A stretch of DNA of 64,000 bases from the NCBI GenBank assembly GCA_034530615.2, contig JAVRCV020000012.1, positions 1 through 64,000 on the forward strand, given 5' to 3'. Below the pieces are notes generated by a model. It was given only the letters and a program-made list of their open reading frames with translations, did no database searches and was not told where the DNA came from. The DNA is from Aulosira sp. ZfuVER01 (GTDB lineage Bacteria > Cyanobacteriota > Cyanobacteriia > Cyanobacteriales > Nostocaceae). Shown piece by piece: positions 10,554 to 23,351 of the stretch. Position 1 is the first letter of the stretch; each line of letters opens with the position of its first letter. The position numbers and the translations under genes are program-made.

Positions 10554-11063
10554 ATGCCTAATTTTGATCGCCTGAAAATACGCATTAACCCATCCTTTCC
10601 TAGCTATTGGACACAGGATAGAGGAATTTGTGTTGCTGAAATTTATATCAACAATGAACCGTTAATAGAGTTAGTACGTCAAGTCGAAGAACCATTTGTC
10701 CAAGCTGAGATTGAGGAACGTCGTGCTGAAGGTGAGAAAATTCGTGAGATTGATTTTTTAGCAGGAGATTATCTCTACTTACCACCCTCAATGGTTATGT
10801 TACCTTCCCGTAATCTTCTCAATGAACCCTGGAATCATAACTTCAGGCTAGAAGCAGGCGATCGCAGAATCGGTAAGGCAACGGTTTTGGGTTGTACATG
10901 CGGGGTGATTCAGTGTTGGTTTATGCTAGTTCGTATCACTGTTAATGAGTTAACTGTACAGTGATCAGAATTTAGTCAGTTCCATCGTGATTGGCAACTT
11001 GATTTAGGTGAATTCAGATTTGACCGTCAGCAGTACGAGTCTGAACTTTCTCACCCAGGCTAA
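10554..11063 (+). pseudogene. Hypothetical protein with an internal nonsense codon
   Basis: ORF stops at TGA 10962-10964 but the same frame continues SEFSQFHRDWQLDLGEFRFDRQQYESELSHPG to TAA 11063; likely TGG to TGA. Confidence 0.6.
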
Positions 11064-11076
11064 ATACAGAAATTTT

Positions 11077-11103
11077 GGTGCGTTATCCTACGACTAACGC
11101 ACC
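11077..11103. terminator. Hairpin between the convergent hypothetical gene and hupL
   Basis: GGTGCGTTA-TCCTACGAC-TAACGCACC. Confidence 0.55.
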
Positions 11104-11113
11104 TGAAAACTAA

Positions 11114-13687
<2,574 letters not shown>

Positions 13688-13693
<6 letters not shown>

Positions 13694-13714
13694 ATTATAG
13701 TCACTATAGAATAA
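13688..13714. other. Putative recombination (att) junction between hupS and the element
   Basis: HupS identity ends at the ATG at 13691-13693; adjacent imperfect inverted repeat TATTATAG-TCA-CTATAGAATA. Confidence 0.6.
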
Positions 13715-13726
13715 TAAATTGCAACC

Positions 13727-15265
13727 ATGTCCGAAAAATGGTTTTATGGTCGGGTTTCGACTGTCGAACAACAAGAAGATCGCAACGCACTCAAAAAACA
13801 ACTAGAAAGGGGGAAGAATGTAGGATGCGATCGCTTTTACTGGGATATTCAAAGTCGCACAACCGAAGTGCGTAATGGGTTGCAGCAATTAATTGATGAT
13901 TTAAAAATATCACCAAAGGGTACTGTCAGCGATCTAGTTGTTACTAGGATTGACCGGATTGGGTCATCATCAAAATTATTTTACTCGCTGCTGGAAGTAT
14001 TGCGGAGTAAGAGTATTAGGCTAGTAGCACTAGACCAAACAATTGATACAGAAAGTTTGGGTGGAGAGTTGACGATTGATATTTTGCTAGCCGCCAGTAA
14101 ATTTGAAATAAAAATGTTATCCAGCCGTGTATCTGCCGAACGCAAACATCGGATGGTTCAGAGGAAAAGCCATCGGTTTGCACCGTTTGGGTGGAAGGTT
14201 GTTGATGATTCCTACATCAAGGATGAAAGTTGGTGTGTTTCGCTACTAGAAGACAAGCGTAGTTTTAGAGTTTGGGAACTGGCTTTATTTGTATTTGAAG
14301 TATTTGATAGTTGTGGTAGTGCCAGAAAAACATGCAATATATTAAATGAGATGTTTGGGGTAAGTGGGAAAGTAGACACAAAAACCACAAAATCAAAAGA
14401 GAATCATCGGATCGTGCCCGATGACATCGAGCAAATTGATTTATTGCAAAATAATAAAAAAACTTATCAACGATACCCTTGGACTGGCTTACAGTGGTCG
14501 CCAACAGGGCTAAAAAATTTTTTAGTAAATCCAGTACATGCAGGCGGAACGCCATTTAATGTCACTACATCTAGTCCGTCTGGTAAACAAATCAAGCATT
14601 TTGATCAATGGGATTGCAACTGGGATACTCATGAGGGCATAATTGCCCGCGAACAACACGAACAAATAAAACGCACTATTCGCGGAAATCGCAACAATAA
14701 GTGGGCTGCAAGAAAAGAAGATATTAACCCATTCGCCAATTTATTAAAATGTGGTAGATGTGGAGGCGCATTAACCCGGATGTCGTCCCGACGCGATCGC
14801 AATGGGCAATATACAGCATACTATCAATGTACCTACTACGCCCTTGGACGTTGCGATGCCAAGGAAATGCTTAGTAGTAAAAGTTTAGATTCACAAGTGG
14901 CTGATTTGCTAGTCAGTGAAGCTACTAGGCTAGCTGGTATGGTGGATTTTGGAGAAGACAAGCATCTTGAACCCATAGAAGTTAAAGAACTACGGGAAAG
15001 TCTAGCGGGGCTGGAAAAGTTACCTACTAATCTTTTTGTAGAGAAAGCCAAAGATGGCATCCGTGACCAAATCGCTAGTATCTTAAGTCTGCACGAAAAT
15101 CTCACAAAACGTAGCCTGTTAGTTCGAGAAGAGTTGGTGCAGATGTTCCGCGACCATGAATACTGGGACAGTCGAACATCTGAGGATAAAAAACGCATAC
15201 TAAACAAACTTGTCCGTCGTATTGTTATTGACGGGCGGGTTGTTTTGGCTATTGAGTTTCTTTAG
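13727..15265 (+). CDS. xisF: Large serine recombinase, XisF-like excisase
   Basis: YGRVSTVEQ catalytic Ser motif, YWDIQSRTTEVR, TRIDRIGSSSKLFYSLLEVLRSK, zinc ribbon KCGRCGG...YYQC...C; 512 aa, recognisably similar along its length to Anabaena PCC 7120 XisF. Confidence 0.9.
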   Translation: MSEKWFYGRVSTVEQQEDRNALKKQLERGKNVGCDRFYWDIQSRTTEVRNGLQQLIDDLKISPKGTVSDLVVTRIDRIGSSSKLFYSLLEVLRSKSIRLVALDQTIDTESLGGELTIDILLAASKFEIKMLSSRVSAERKHRMVQRKSHRFAPFGWKVVDDSYIKDESWCVSLLEDKRSFRVWELALFVFEVFDSCGSARKTCNILNEMFGVSGKVDTKTTKSKENHRIVPDDIEQIDLLQNNKKTYQRYPWTGLQWSPTGLKNFLVNPVHAGGTPFNVTTSSPSGKQIKHFDQWDCNWDTHEGIIAREQHEQIKRTIRGNRNNKWAARKEDINPFANLLKCGRCGGALTRMSSRRDRNGQYTAYYQCTYYALGRCDAKEMLSSKSLDSQVADLLVSEATRLAGMVDFGEDKHLEPIEVKELRESLAGLEKLPTNLFVEKAKDGIRDQIASILSLHENLTKRSLLVREELVQMFRDHEYWDSRTSEDKKRILNKLVRRIVIDGRVVLAIEFL

Positions 15266-15855
15266 TTTCCTTTGGCGAACAATTTCTCGGTATTCGTCTA
15301 ATTGGCGTAACCAAAATTCTTTCTCAGATTCGATTCTCATTTGTAGCGTTCTCTATCAATAAATTTAGATTAGCTTTGAGTTGCAAAATTTCTGTTCTCT
15401 ACGAACAACGTTCATTTCTCTCTCGCGCCCGCTTCGCATTTATTAGTAGTCAAACTTCGTGCTTCAAATGTATACCCACCATCAGTGGAATTATCAGAAT
15501 TAGAAAGACTAATAAATTTAATCCGCTCACGCTGGAATATTTTGAAAATTATGATTTGATACATTTACAGGCATGGTTAAGTAAAGAGGAATAAAATCAT
15601 TTCGCTCTCCCAGCCTAAATATGATAAATTAGTACCAGAAATACCAATTGGATAAAATTATTTTTTTAAAATTATCAAAATTAATTAAACTATTAAGTAT
15701 AGTTTGTATTTAAATATTTACTGTAACTTATATTAAAAATTAATCTGTTATTCTTTTCTAAGAATTTGGTTTAAAGTCCTAATTTACGTAAATTATTAAT
15801 GTTTATTGTGTGTGTTTATTTATATTATTTTATAATAGTTAACTTAACCCGGAAT

Positions 15856-16096
15856 GGGCGGTTAAAAACCGCACGCCAGTCGTCTCAAGTCGGGAAACCC
15901 TTTCGGCAGTTCCTCCTGGGGGGAACCCCCAAGACCGGACTGCCGACGCTCCTACGTCGCTACCGCTATGCTAACACCACGGCGCTGGCTCATCTACACA
16001 AGCAAAACTCACCTCCGTGGGTTTCAAAACCTTGATTTTTCGTTAGTTAGTCCCCGGAGGCGAACTTTGTTTGTATAGCCGCGAATTCTATTCGCC
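15856..16096. repeat. Nested small dispersed repeats (GC-rich hairpin elements)
   Basis: GC-rich island in an AT-rich spacer with concentric paired arms: GCGGTT..AACCGC, GCCAG..CTGGC, GGCAGT..ACTGCC, GGGGG-GAA-CCCCC, GACG..CGTC. Confidence 0.7.
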
Positions 16097-16190
16097 ATTG
16101 CTCAATTTGACACAGGTGCTCTCGGATAGCCGACTTTTTAATCATCGATTTAAGCGTAGAACTGCCAATGCCAAAGTTTTCGGTTAGCTC

Positions 16191-18359
16191 TTAATCATGA
16201 AAATTATCTTTCTGTCCGTTACCAACAATACCTAAGACATTCAACGGGTAAATTTTTAGGTTATCTAAAGCTTGCTGTATTTTTGAAGAATCTGTTTTAT
16301 CAATCCTTACTACTAATAAAATTCCATCAGTATTTGGTGCCAACAAACTAGCATCAGCTAGTCCCAAAAGAGGTGGTGTGTCATAAATCACTAAGTCAAA
16401 GGTATTATGGAAATCTGCCATCAGGCGCTTCATTTTTTCAGACGAGAGCAACTTTGTGGGATCGGGAGGTATAGGACCAGCTGTGATTACAGATAATTGG
16501 CTCATGGAGGGAAACTTCCGAATTACTTCCTCTGGTGGCAAATTTGTCGAAATTAAATTACTTAATCCCCACAGGTTATTTAAATTTGAAAAGCTGTGAA
16601 TCACAGGTTGACGCAGATTTGCATCTATAAGTAGTACTCTTTGCCCCATTGCTGTAGCTATTTGAGCTAGATGGAAGGCAACTGTAGACTTGCCATCACC
16701 AGATATAGCTGAACTAATAATGAGAGAACGCATCTGGCGATCGCAACTGAGAAGTTGAATGTTTGTATAAAGTACCCTCAAAGCTTCCAAAAAATTTACA
16801 GAATGGTTACTGTAGTCTTGATCTGGTATGATCTCCAATCCAGGAATACTATCAGGTGGCAAATCTGGGATTCGTACTAGGGGAAGATTTCCTTTGAAAG
16901 TAGAGGCTTGACTAATTTGGAGTTGCTTTTCAAACGGAATATTTCCTAACAATGGTAGTTTCAGCTTGTCTTTGAGATCGTTGGCACTATGGTATGTATT
17001 GTCAATTTTTTCTATGAGTAAGGCGACACCGATTGCCAATACTAAACTTATAACTAATCCCACTAGTAAATTTCTTTTGGTATCAGAAGAGGTTACAGGT
17101 TTTTCAGGCTGAATCGGCTTTTTAAGTAACTGCCATCCTAGTTCTGCCTGGGATACTTGAATTTGGAGGTTTTCGTGGGTAGATAGAAACTTATTTAGGC
17201 TCTCTGTAGTAATCTGTAATTTCCGCTGTAGTGCATTATATTGTCTTGCTAGTGCTGGCAGTCTCTTGCGTTGTAGTTCAAGCTTTTGTATGACTTTGTC
17301 TATCTCTTGTCTTTGCACGTCTAGAGTCTGAACTTGAGCCGTAGTCTCTGAAAGTTTTACATCCAAAAAGCGCTGCGCTTCATTGCGTAGCAAGGGCAAT
17401 AAGCTTTCGCGTTTATCTTTCAATGTTTGGATGGTGGGATTGTTTTCTTGCAGACGTGTTGACTCTTGGGCAATTTGAGCGTCTAATTGGCGAATCTGGG
17501 TAAGTAACTGCTGATATAACAAAGCATTGTTCAGTACAGCCGCAGATCCATCTTTTCCCTTTAAAATATCGAAATTGGAGCGAGTTTGCCCCAACTGCAT
17601 CTCAACCTTTTCTCGTTGCTCAGACAAAGCGGCGATTTGAGTATCAATCTGCTTGGCCTCGACTTCTGGGTCGTTAAATTTGTAATTTAACCGAAAAACT
17701 TGCAATTCTCTTTGGATCTGATCGACTCGATTTTGCAAAAAGGGCAGTTGTTTTTCAACGAAATGAATACCCTGGCGTAATTTAGTTTGCCGTCTTTCCT
17801 GGCTATATTCTATATATTCGTGAGAAATTCTATCTAAAACTGTTTTAATCTTCTTGGGATCGTTACTACGATACTTTACCTCTATAATCTTGGTTTCACC
17901 TAAACGATTAATCTGCAAAGCATTGATTAGATCGTCATAGCTGAGGTCTGGATATAAGACTTGCAACTGTTGAATCAGGCCACCCATAAGTTCAGGACTT
18001 TTGAGCACCTGAATTTGGCTATCGTAATCTAGACCACTTGTGGTGCTTGAGTTAGTGTCTTTGACGACATCCACCACTTTGCTGTCATCATTCACAGGTT
18101 CCACTAATAGCTCAAAACTGCTTTCATATTCTGGTTGCTTCTGGTTCAGCTTCATATTAACGACAGAAGTTACCATCACAACGGTAGCTACCCCAGCAAT
18201 TACTAGCGCTCGTCGCCTGACAAGACCAATAAATTTACGAAAACTCCAATCATTTCCCGAATCTTCAGGCTCCGGAAAAGGTTGTGGCTGGAGAGATGTC
18301 GGTACAGAGTTCTTCTTCCGGTTAGATTCTGAGAATTGATGAGAATGATTCTCCATCAT
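16191..18359 (-). CDS. wzc: Wzc/GumC-type polysaccharide co-polymerase with BY-kinase-like domain
   Basis: Two TM segments flanking a coiled coil; SSAISGDGKST Walker A, LLIDANLR, DLVIYDTPP. Confidence 0.9.
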   Translation of the reverse strand: MMENHSHQFSESNRKKNSVPTSLQPQPFPEPEDSGNDWSFRKFIGLVRRRALVIAGVATVVMVTSVVNMKLNQKQPEYESSFELLVEPVNDDSKVVDVVKDTNSSTTSGLDYDSQIQVLKSPELMGGLIQQLQVLYPDLSYDDLINALQINRLGETKIIEVKYRSNDPKKIKTVLDRISHEYIEYSQERRQTKLRQGIHFVEKQLPFLQNRVDQIQRELQVFRLNYKFNDPEVEAKQIDTQIAALSEQREKVEMQLGQTRSNFDILKGKDGSAAVLNNALLYQQLLTQIRQLDAQIAQESTRLQENNPTIQTLKDKRESLLPLLRNEAQRFLDVKLSETTAQVQTLDVQRQEIDKVIQKLELQRKRLPALARQYNALQRKLQITTESLNKFLSTHENLQIQVSQAELGWQLLKKPIQPEKPVTSSDTKRNLLVGLVISLVLAIGVALLIEKIDNTYHSANDLKDKLKLPLLGNIPFEKQLQISQASTFKGNLPLVRIPDLPPDSIPGLEIIPDQDYSNHSVNFLEALRVLYTNIQLLSCDRQMRSLIISSAISGDGKSTVAFHLAQIATAMGQRVLLIDANLRQPVIHSFSNLNNLWGLSNLISTNLPPEEVIRKFPSMSQLSVITAGPIPPDPTKLLSSEKMKRLMADFHNTFDLVIYDTPPLLGLADASLLAPNTDGILLVVRIDKTDSSKIQQALDNLKIYPLNVLGIVGNGQKDNFHD

Positions 18360-19561
18360 TTATTAAAACTTAGTAATTAGTTAGTAATTAGTATTCAGAC
18401 TAGGTAATTAGCCACTGAGGATTCGGATAACAGCTTGAAAAATTATTTAATGATGCAGCGAGTAACAGCTTGATTATTACATCATACTCTAATACTCCAA
18501 ACAGTTTAGATTAAGATTTTTCTAAAAACGGCAATAACTTTATCTAATAGTATTGATTCTAACCCCACAAATTTTAGTTTTTACTCGTCATTACTTATAG
18601 ATGAGGCATTACCTGGAATACGGCTGATTGCTAGCTAGTTGCTTGATAAGTTTTTGTAAATCTTTAGCTGGTCTAACTACATAAATAAATCATACGTCAC
18701 TATTATCTGAAATTAATAGATGAGTTTTATCAGTCTCATTGCATATATCAGAAATGTAGATGTTTTTGATAGATACATTATGATTTTTTTACAATTACTA
18801 CCAACCATTCATAGGAGTATGATCTTTTTATAAAGATCATATGTAAGATTTTTATATAATATGAATTTATGATGAAGTACGTAAGTAAATTTGAGAACAT
18901 GATAATGTAATTGAAAATCGCAAAAAATCAACAATTAAAAGCATAAAGTTCTTAGGGCTTTGTACATATTTGTTAGTTGTTAATGACGCCAATAAGTGTG
19001 TTTTTTTGCAACTATGATTGTCATTTGTAAACAGTTTTTGAGCAAAATTGAGCAGAAATGACATTTAATCGAGAATGATCGCCAGTGTTTAATAATATGA
19101 ATAAATGAAACAAACATCGAATTAGATTTGCAATTACTGTATATCTAATTAGGTAAGTAATTTCCTTTAAAAGGCTAGAGAAGAAAGGGGGGAAATACAA
19201 TAAACTGCCTTCCTATCAATTTCTTTGTGAATCAATAGAATTCTGATCGTCCAATTTGTTCTTAATTAGGAGAATTCTGCTTTTTTGCGAGAAGATTTAG
19301 TCAATAGTTTTCTCAAGCTAACTTTTTGGAAGCGTGGGTGGAGTGTAATTTTTTTTTCGTCTGTCTTTTTATGCTAATTGTGGAGTTTGAATCACATAGC
19401 TCGAAGATATAGCAGCAGGTATATATAGATATTGTTTACACCTGTTGATTAATGCATTAACTGGAGCGATTTGAAAATAACTATCCAATCAGGCAGATTT
19501 GTATGGGAATTAATAGATTCAGTACTACCTTAAGCAAGATTTACACTGTAGGATACTGCCG

Positions 19562-20911
19562 ATGAGACTTAATGAATGGATTAATCAAAAAATGTTTCCA
19601 TCCATTTCTACTCAATTAGAAGCGAAGGATCGGGATTATTTCAAGACTCAGAAAGCCTTAAAGTTATCTGTCATAACCCAGTTTTTTCCTCCAGATTATG
19701 CAGCTACAGGACAGTTAATTGAAGAACTAGTGAGGCATTTAGGGCAGCAAGGAATAGATGTTGAGGTTTTTACCAGCCAACCAGGATATGCGTTTCAGTC
19801 AGCTACTGCTCCATCTGTTGAACATTTGGATAGAGTCCGAATTCAGCGATCCCGCACAGCTCAACTTTGGCCTGGACGAATTCGTGGTAAAGCTATCAAT
19901 GGTGTCTTATATACTTTGCGTGCAGCCCTCTATCTGATGAGAGGCTGGCGTCGTAGTAATCTATTGTTGCTGACTACAGCTCCTCCTTTTTTGCCAATCA
20001 TCGGGTATCTAGCTCATACCTTTTTCCGACTGCCCTATGTATGCATACTCTATGACCTATATCCGGATATTGCGATCGCTCTAGGGGTCATATCAAAACA
20101 TAATTGGATGACACGATTTTGGCAGCAACTCAATAAAAAGATTTGGCTCAACGCCAAGGGGATCATAGTTCTGAGTCCTAGTATGAAGCAACGAGTGGTA
20201 GCAAATTGTCCACAGATAGCCGATAAAGTGTCTGTGATTCACAGTTGGGCAGACCCTCAATGGATCATACCTATTGCCAAGCATGAAAACTGGTTTGCCT
20301 GGAAGTATAACCTCGTTAAAAAATTTACCGTACTTTACTCCGGTAATATGGGTCGCTGTCATGACATAGATACTATCCTGCAAGCTGCTCAATATCTGCA
20401 TGATGAACCAATACAGTTTGTGTGCATCGGTGGTGGAGCAAAACGCAACGAGCTGATTGAGGAAGTAAAGCTATTGGGATTGAGCAACTTCTTGTTTCTA
20501 CCGTATCAAGATCAGCAAGTGCTTCCCTATTCCTTAACTGCTTGCGATCTATCACTAGTAAGTGTGGATGCATCTACAGAGAGTTTGGTCGTTCCTAGCA
20601 AGCTGTACTCAGCTTTAGCATCAGGACGGCCAATAGCAGTGATTTGTTCACAGGATTCATACTTAAGAGAAATGATTGCAGAAGCCAACTGTGGCGGCAC
20701 ATTTGACAATGGAGATGGTCATAGTTTAGCTCAATTTATTCGCTTGCTCAGTAGCGATCGGCAACTAGGGGATCGCATGGGTAAAGCGGGTCGTCAATAT
20801 TTGCGATCGCATTTCACACCAAAAATTATCTCTCAACAATACTTGGATGTTTTGCAGCAGGCGATAGTATCTGAAGGTGTGGTAACCATGTCAGAAAGCC
20901 ATACAAAGTAA
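19562..20911 (+). CDS. GT4 glycosyltransferase (WcaI/WbuB-like)
   Basis: TQFFPPDYAATG, YDLYPD, YSGNMGRCH, VPSKLYSALASGRP. Confidence 0.9.
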   Translation: MRLNEWINQKMFPSISTQLEAKDRDYFKTQKALKLSVITQFFPPDYAATGQLIEELVRHLGQQGIDVEVFTSQPGYAFQSATAPSVEHLDRVRIQRSRTAQLWPGRIRGKAINGVLYTLRAALYLMRGWRRSNLLLLTTAPPFLPIIGYLAHTFFRLPYVCILYDLYPDIAIALGVISKHNWMTRFWQQLNKKIWLNAKGIIVLSPSMKQRVVANCPQIADKVSVIHSWADPQWIIPIAKHENWFAWKYNLVKKFTVLYSGNMGRCHDIDTILQAAQYLHDEPIQFVCIGGGAKRNELIEEVKLLGLSNFLFLPYQDQQVLPYSLTACDLSLVSVDASTESLVVPSKLYSALASGRPIAVICSQDSYLREMIAEANCGGTFDNGDGHSLAQFIRLLSSDRQLGDRMGKAGRQYLRSHFTPKIISQQYLDVLQQAIVSEGVVTMSESHTK

Positions 20912-21809
20912 AAGTTCGTCTTTTCCACAATTAGATAATTCAATCAGCTTGTCACTTCTTAGTAGCTGAATATCAAGATTTTCGCTGTCGTACTCACTTT
21001 ATTTTCAGCAAAAATTGTGAATTTGGATTCTTTTCCTATGCCATAACAATTTCAATAACAAGCTTGCTATATATTAGTACAATTTAGAGGAGATCAATCG
21101 ATTATTTGAAATACCTAAAAAGCATCATCAAATTTTCAAGTTTTTACGTTTAATTTTTGACTTTCTTACAACAGTGTTGGCTATTTTAATCTGAAAGTGT
21201 CTAAGTAAGCCGCTGGGAATTACCAGAACTATATTATTAAACGTAAATATGCTTGAAATTCTTACCAATAAAGCCACTTTCTGCCAAATGACGGCAGTTC
21301 TATGCAGGGGAAACTACCACGACCTGACTGCCTTGTAAACTTGTCCAGACCATTGTCAGTTAGCTTTATTTCTGCCGACTTGACTTACATCAGGACATTT
21401 TAGATGCCAGTTAGATTAAAATTAAGTTATAAGATAATTATTTTATAACTTAATTTTTGATTGGCAAAATTCCAGGAAAATTTTGTTCTAAAAATAATGT
21501 ATTAACGTTGAAAAAAAATATGTTATACTCATATGTGTTCCAATAAACAAATGTCAGTTTATTGCCATAAAAAACCATATCTAGTAAAAAAAACTCAATT
21601 GATTTAACAAGAAATAATTAAGATTTTCTGTTAAATCAATTTGCTCAAATTGATTTACATAATTTATCAGCCAAGTAACTCTGATAAAAGAGCAATTGAA
21701 GAATTTATTGTTCATTTAGGAGATGGGCTTCGATGGTCTTATTGATCTCAGTCCCTCCAAACATAACCTTCCCAATTTTGTTGTCTATTTACTGATATGG
21801 GAGGTCAAA

Positions 21810-22238
21810 TTGCAGAGAAGGTGTGATCGAAATCGGAACCGTTCAAAACGACGTGCTATCTACTGTCCCTATCACTGCTGCTACATTGATAGCGTCAGTC
21901 AGAAATATCAACTATATGCCAATCAAGCAGGACAGTTGCAGCAGCGAGGTATAAGTCGGCGCAATGCATTGATGTTAGTAGCTAACCAAAATGCCGTGCC
22001 GATCGAGGGAGAATGGTTAGAGGCTTTTTGGTGTGACCAATGCCAGCAAACAAAGTGGTATCACATCCGTAGGTGCGGTGAGCGTACCTATGAACTTTCT
22101 CTAGCACCACGAGAGCTTTGGCAGCAAGTAACAGGAGTAATGAACCCTGATGGCAACCCCTCTGTAGGAGAGTTTACTCGCAGGCAAGCAAGAGTACTTG
22201 GCTATAAAAGCATCAAGGATTTTCATTTTGTGGGTTAG
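21810..22238 (+). CDS. Conserved hypothetical Cys-rich (probable Zn-binding) protein
   Basis: CPYH and CDQC motifs; GGAGG RBS before TTG at 21810 (ORF track starts at 21723). Confidence 0.75.
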   Translation: MQRRCDRNRNRSKRRAIYCPYHCCYIDSVSQKYQLYANQAGQLQQRGISRRNALMLVANQNAVPIEGEWLEAFWCDQCQQTKWYHIRRCGERTYELSLAPRELWQQVTGVMNPDGNPSVGEFTRRQARVLGYKSIKDFHFVG

Positions 22239-22443
22239 CATTAAAAGTTTTCTATCAATCAATACCTTCACCAAAATCCAGCACTCTAGAAGGGTGTCGC
22301 GATACGAACGCTGCCTTCTCAGCTTGTAAGGATTCAAGCCCACGCACGTGGGCTTTGTTTGTGTAGCCCCAAGTTTATAACCTGTGGGCGTTTCAGCAGA
22401 TTGGCGAAGGTATCTATCAATACCTAACCTTATTACTAGTCAA

Positions 22444-23274
22444 ATGACAGATTCTCAGCAAGAATTACTGATTGAAGCTGGACGTACAGAGCAGCAGTAT
22501 TGGAAAGACCTGTGGCGCTATCGTGAGCTATTATATTTTCTTGCTTGGCGTGACATTTTGGTGCGTTACAAGCAAACCTTTATTGGTATGGCTTGGGCAC
22601 TTATCCGACCATTTTTGACGATGGTGGTGTTCACCGTAGTTTTTGGTAATCTAGCGAAACTACCTTCAGAAGGTGCGCCGTATCCAATTTTGGTATTTGC
22701 CGCTATGCTACCTTGGCAGTTTTTTTCCAATGCTTTGGGTGAGTGTAGTAACAGTCTGATTAGTAATGCCAACCTGATATCTAAGGTCTACTTCCCACGT
22801 CTTATTGTACCCATCAGTGCAGTAATCGTCAGCTTTGTTGATTTTATAATTTCTGGCATGATTTTACTAGGATTGATGGCTTGGTATAATTTTGTGCCTG
22901 GTTGGCGGATACTAACACTACCGTTATTTATTGGTATTGCCTTTGCTGCTTCAATGGGAGTAGGGCTGTGGTTCGCAGCATTAAATGTAGAATATCGAGA
23001 TTTCCGCTATATTGTACCATTTATTATGCAATTTGGCCTGTATATATCACCAGTAGGATTTAGTAGTAGCGTTGTCCCAGAGAAGTGGCGTTTGCTCTAT
23101 TCTTTGAACCCAATGGTAGGGGTAATTGATGGTTTTCGCTGGGCAATTATCGGTGGGAATTCAAAAATTTACTTACCAGGATTTATATTATCTATGGGAT
23201 TGGTTGTCTTTTTATTGATAACTGGTATTTGGTATTTCCGTAAAATGGAACGGACATTTGCTGACGTGATTTAA
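22444..23274 (+). CDS. wzm: ABC-2 polysaccharide export permease
   Basis: LWRYRELLYFLAWRDILVRYKQT, ISKVYFPR, YRDFRYIVPF, LNPMVGVIDGFR. Confidence 0.95.
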   Translation: MTDSQQELLIEAGRTEQQYWKDLWRYRELLYFLAWRDILVRYKQTFIGMAWALIRPFLTMVVFTVVFGNLAKLPSEGAPYPILVFAAMLPWQFFSNALGECSNSLISNANLISKVYFPRLIVPISAVIVSFVDFIISGMILLGLMAWYNFVPGWRILTLPLFIGIAFAASMGVGLWFAALNVEYRDFRYIVPFIMQFGLYISPVGFSSSVVPEKWRLLYSLNPMVGVIDGFRWAIIGGNSKIYLPGFILSMGLVVFLLITGIWYFRKMERTFADVI

Positions 23275-23351
23275 GCAAAAATGAACACCTGTCTGAATTA
23301 AAAATATTCCCGGTTAACAATAACATTCTTTATTTTTAGGGTAATGAAATA

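Noticed and set aside
13694..13801. N-terminal 36 aa of the 340-aa ORF (MFFECVAIF...) as the real HupS start
   Set aside because: No resemblance to the HupS N-terminus; it is antisense to the recombinase start and is chance read-through into the element
15376..16035. 72-aa and 78-aa plus-strand ORFs as xisH/xisI
   Set aside because: No XisH/XisI resemblance; the second is a translation of the nested repeats
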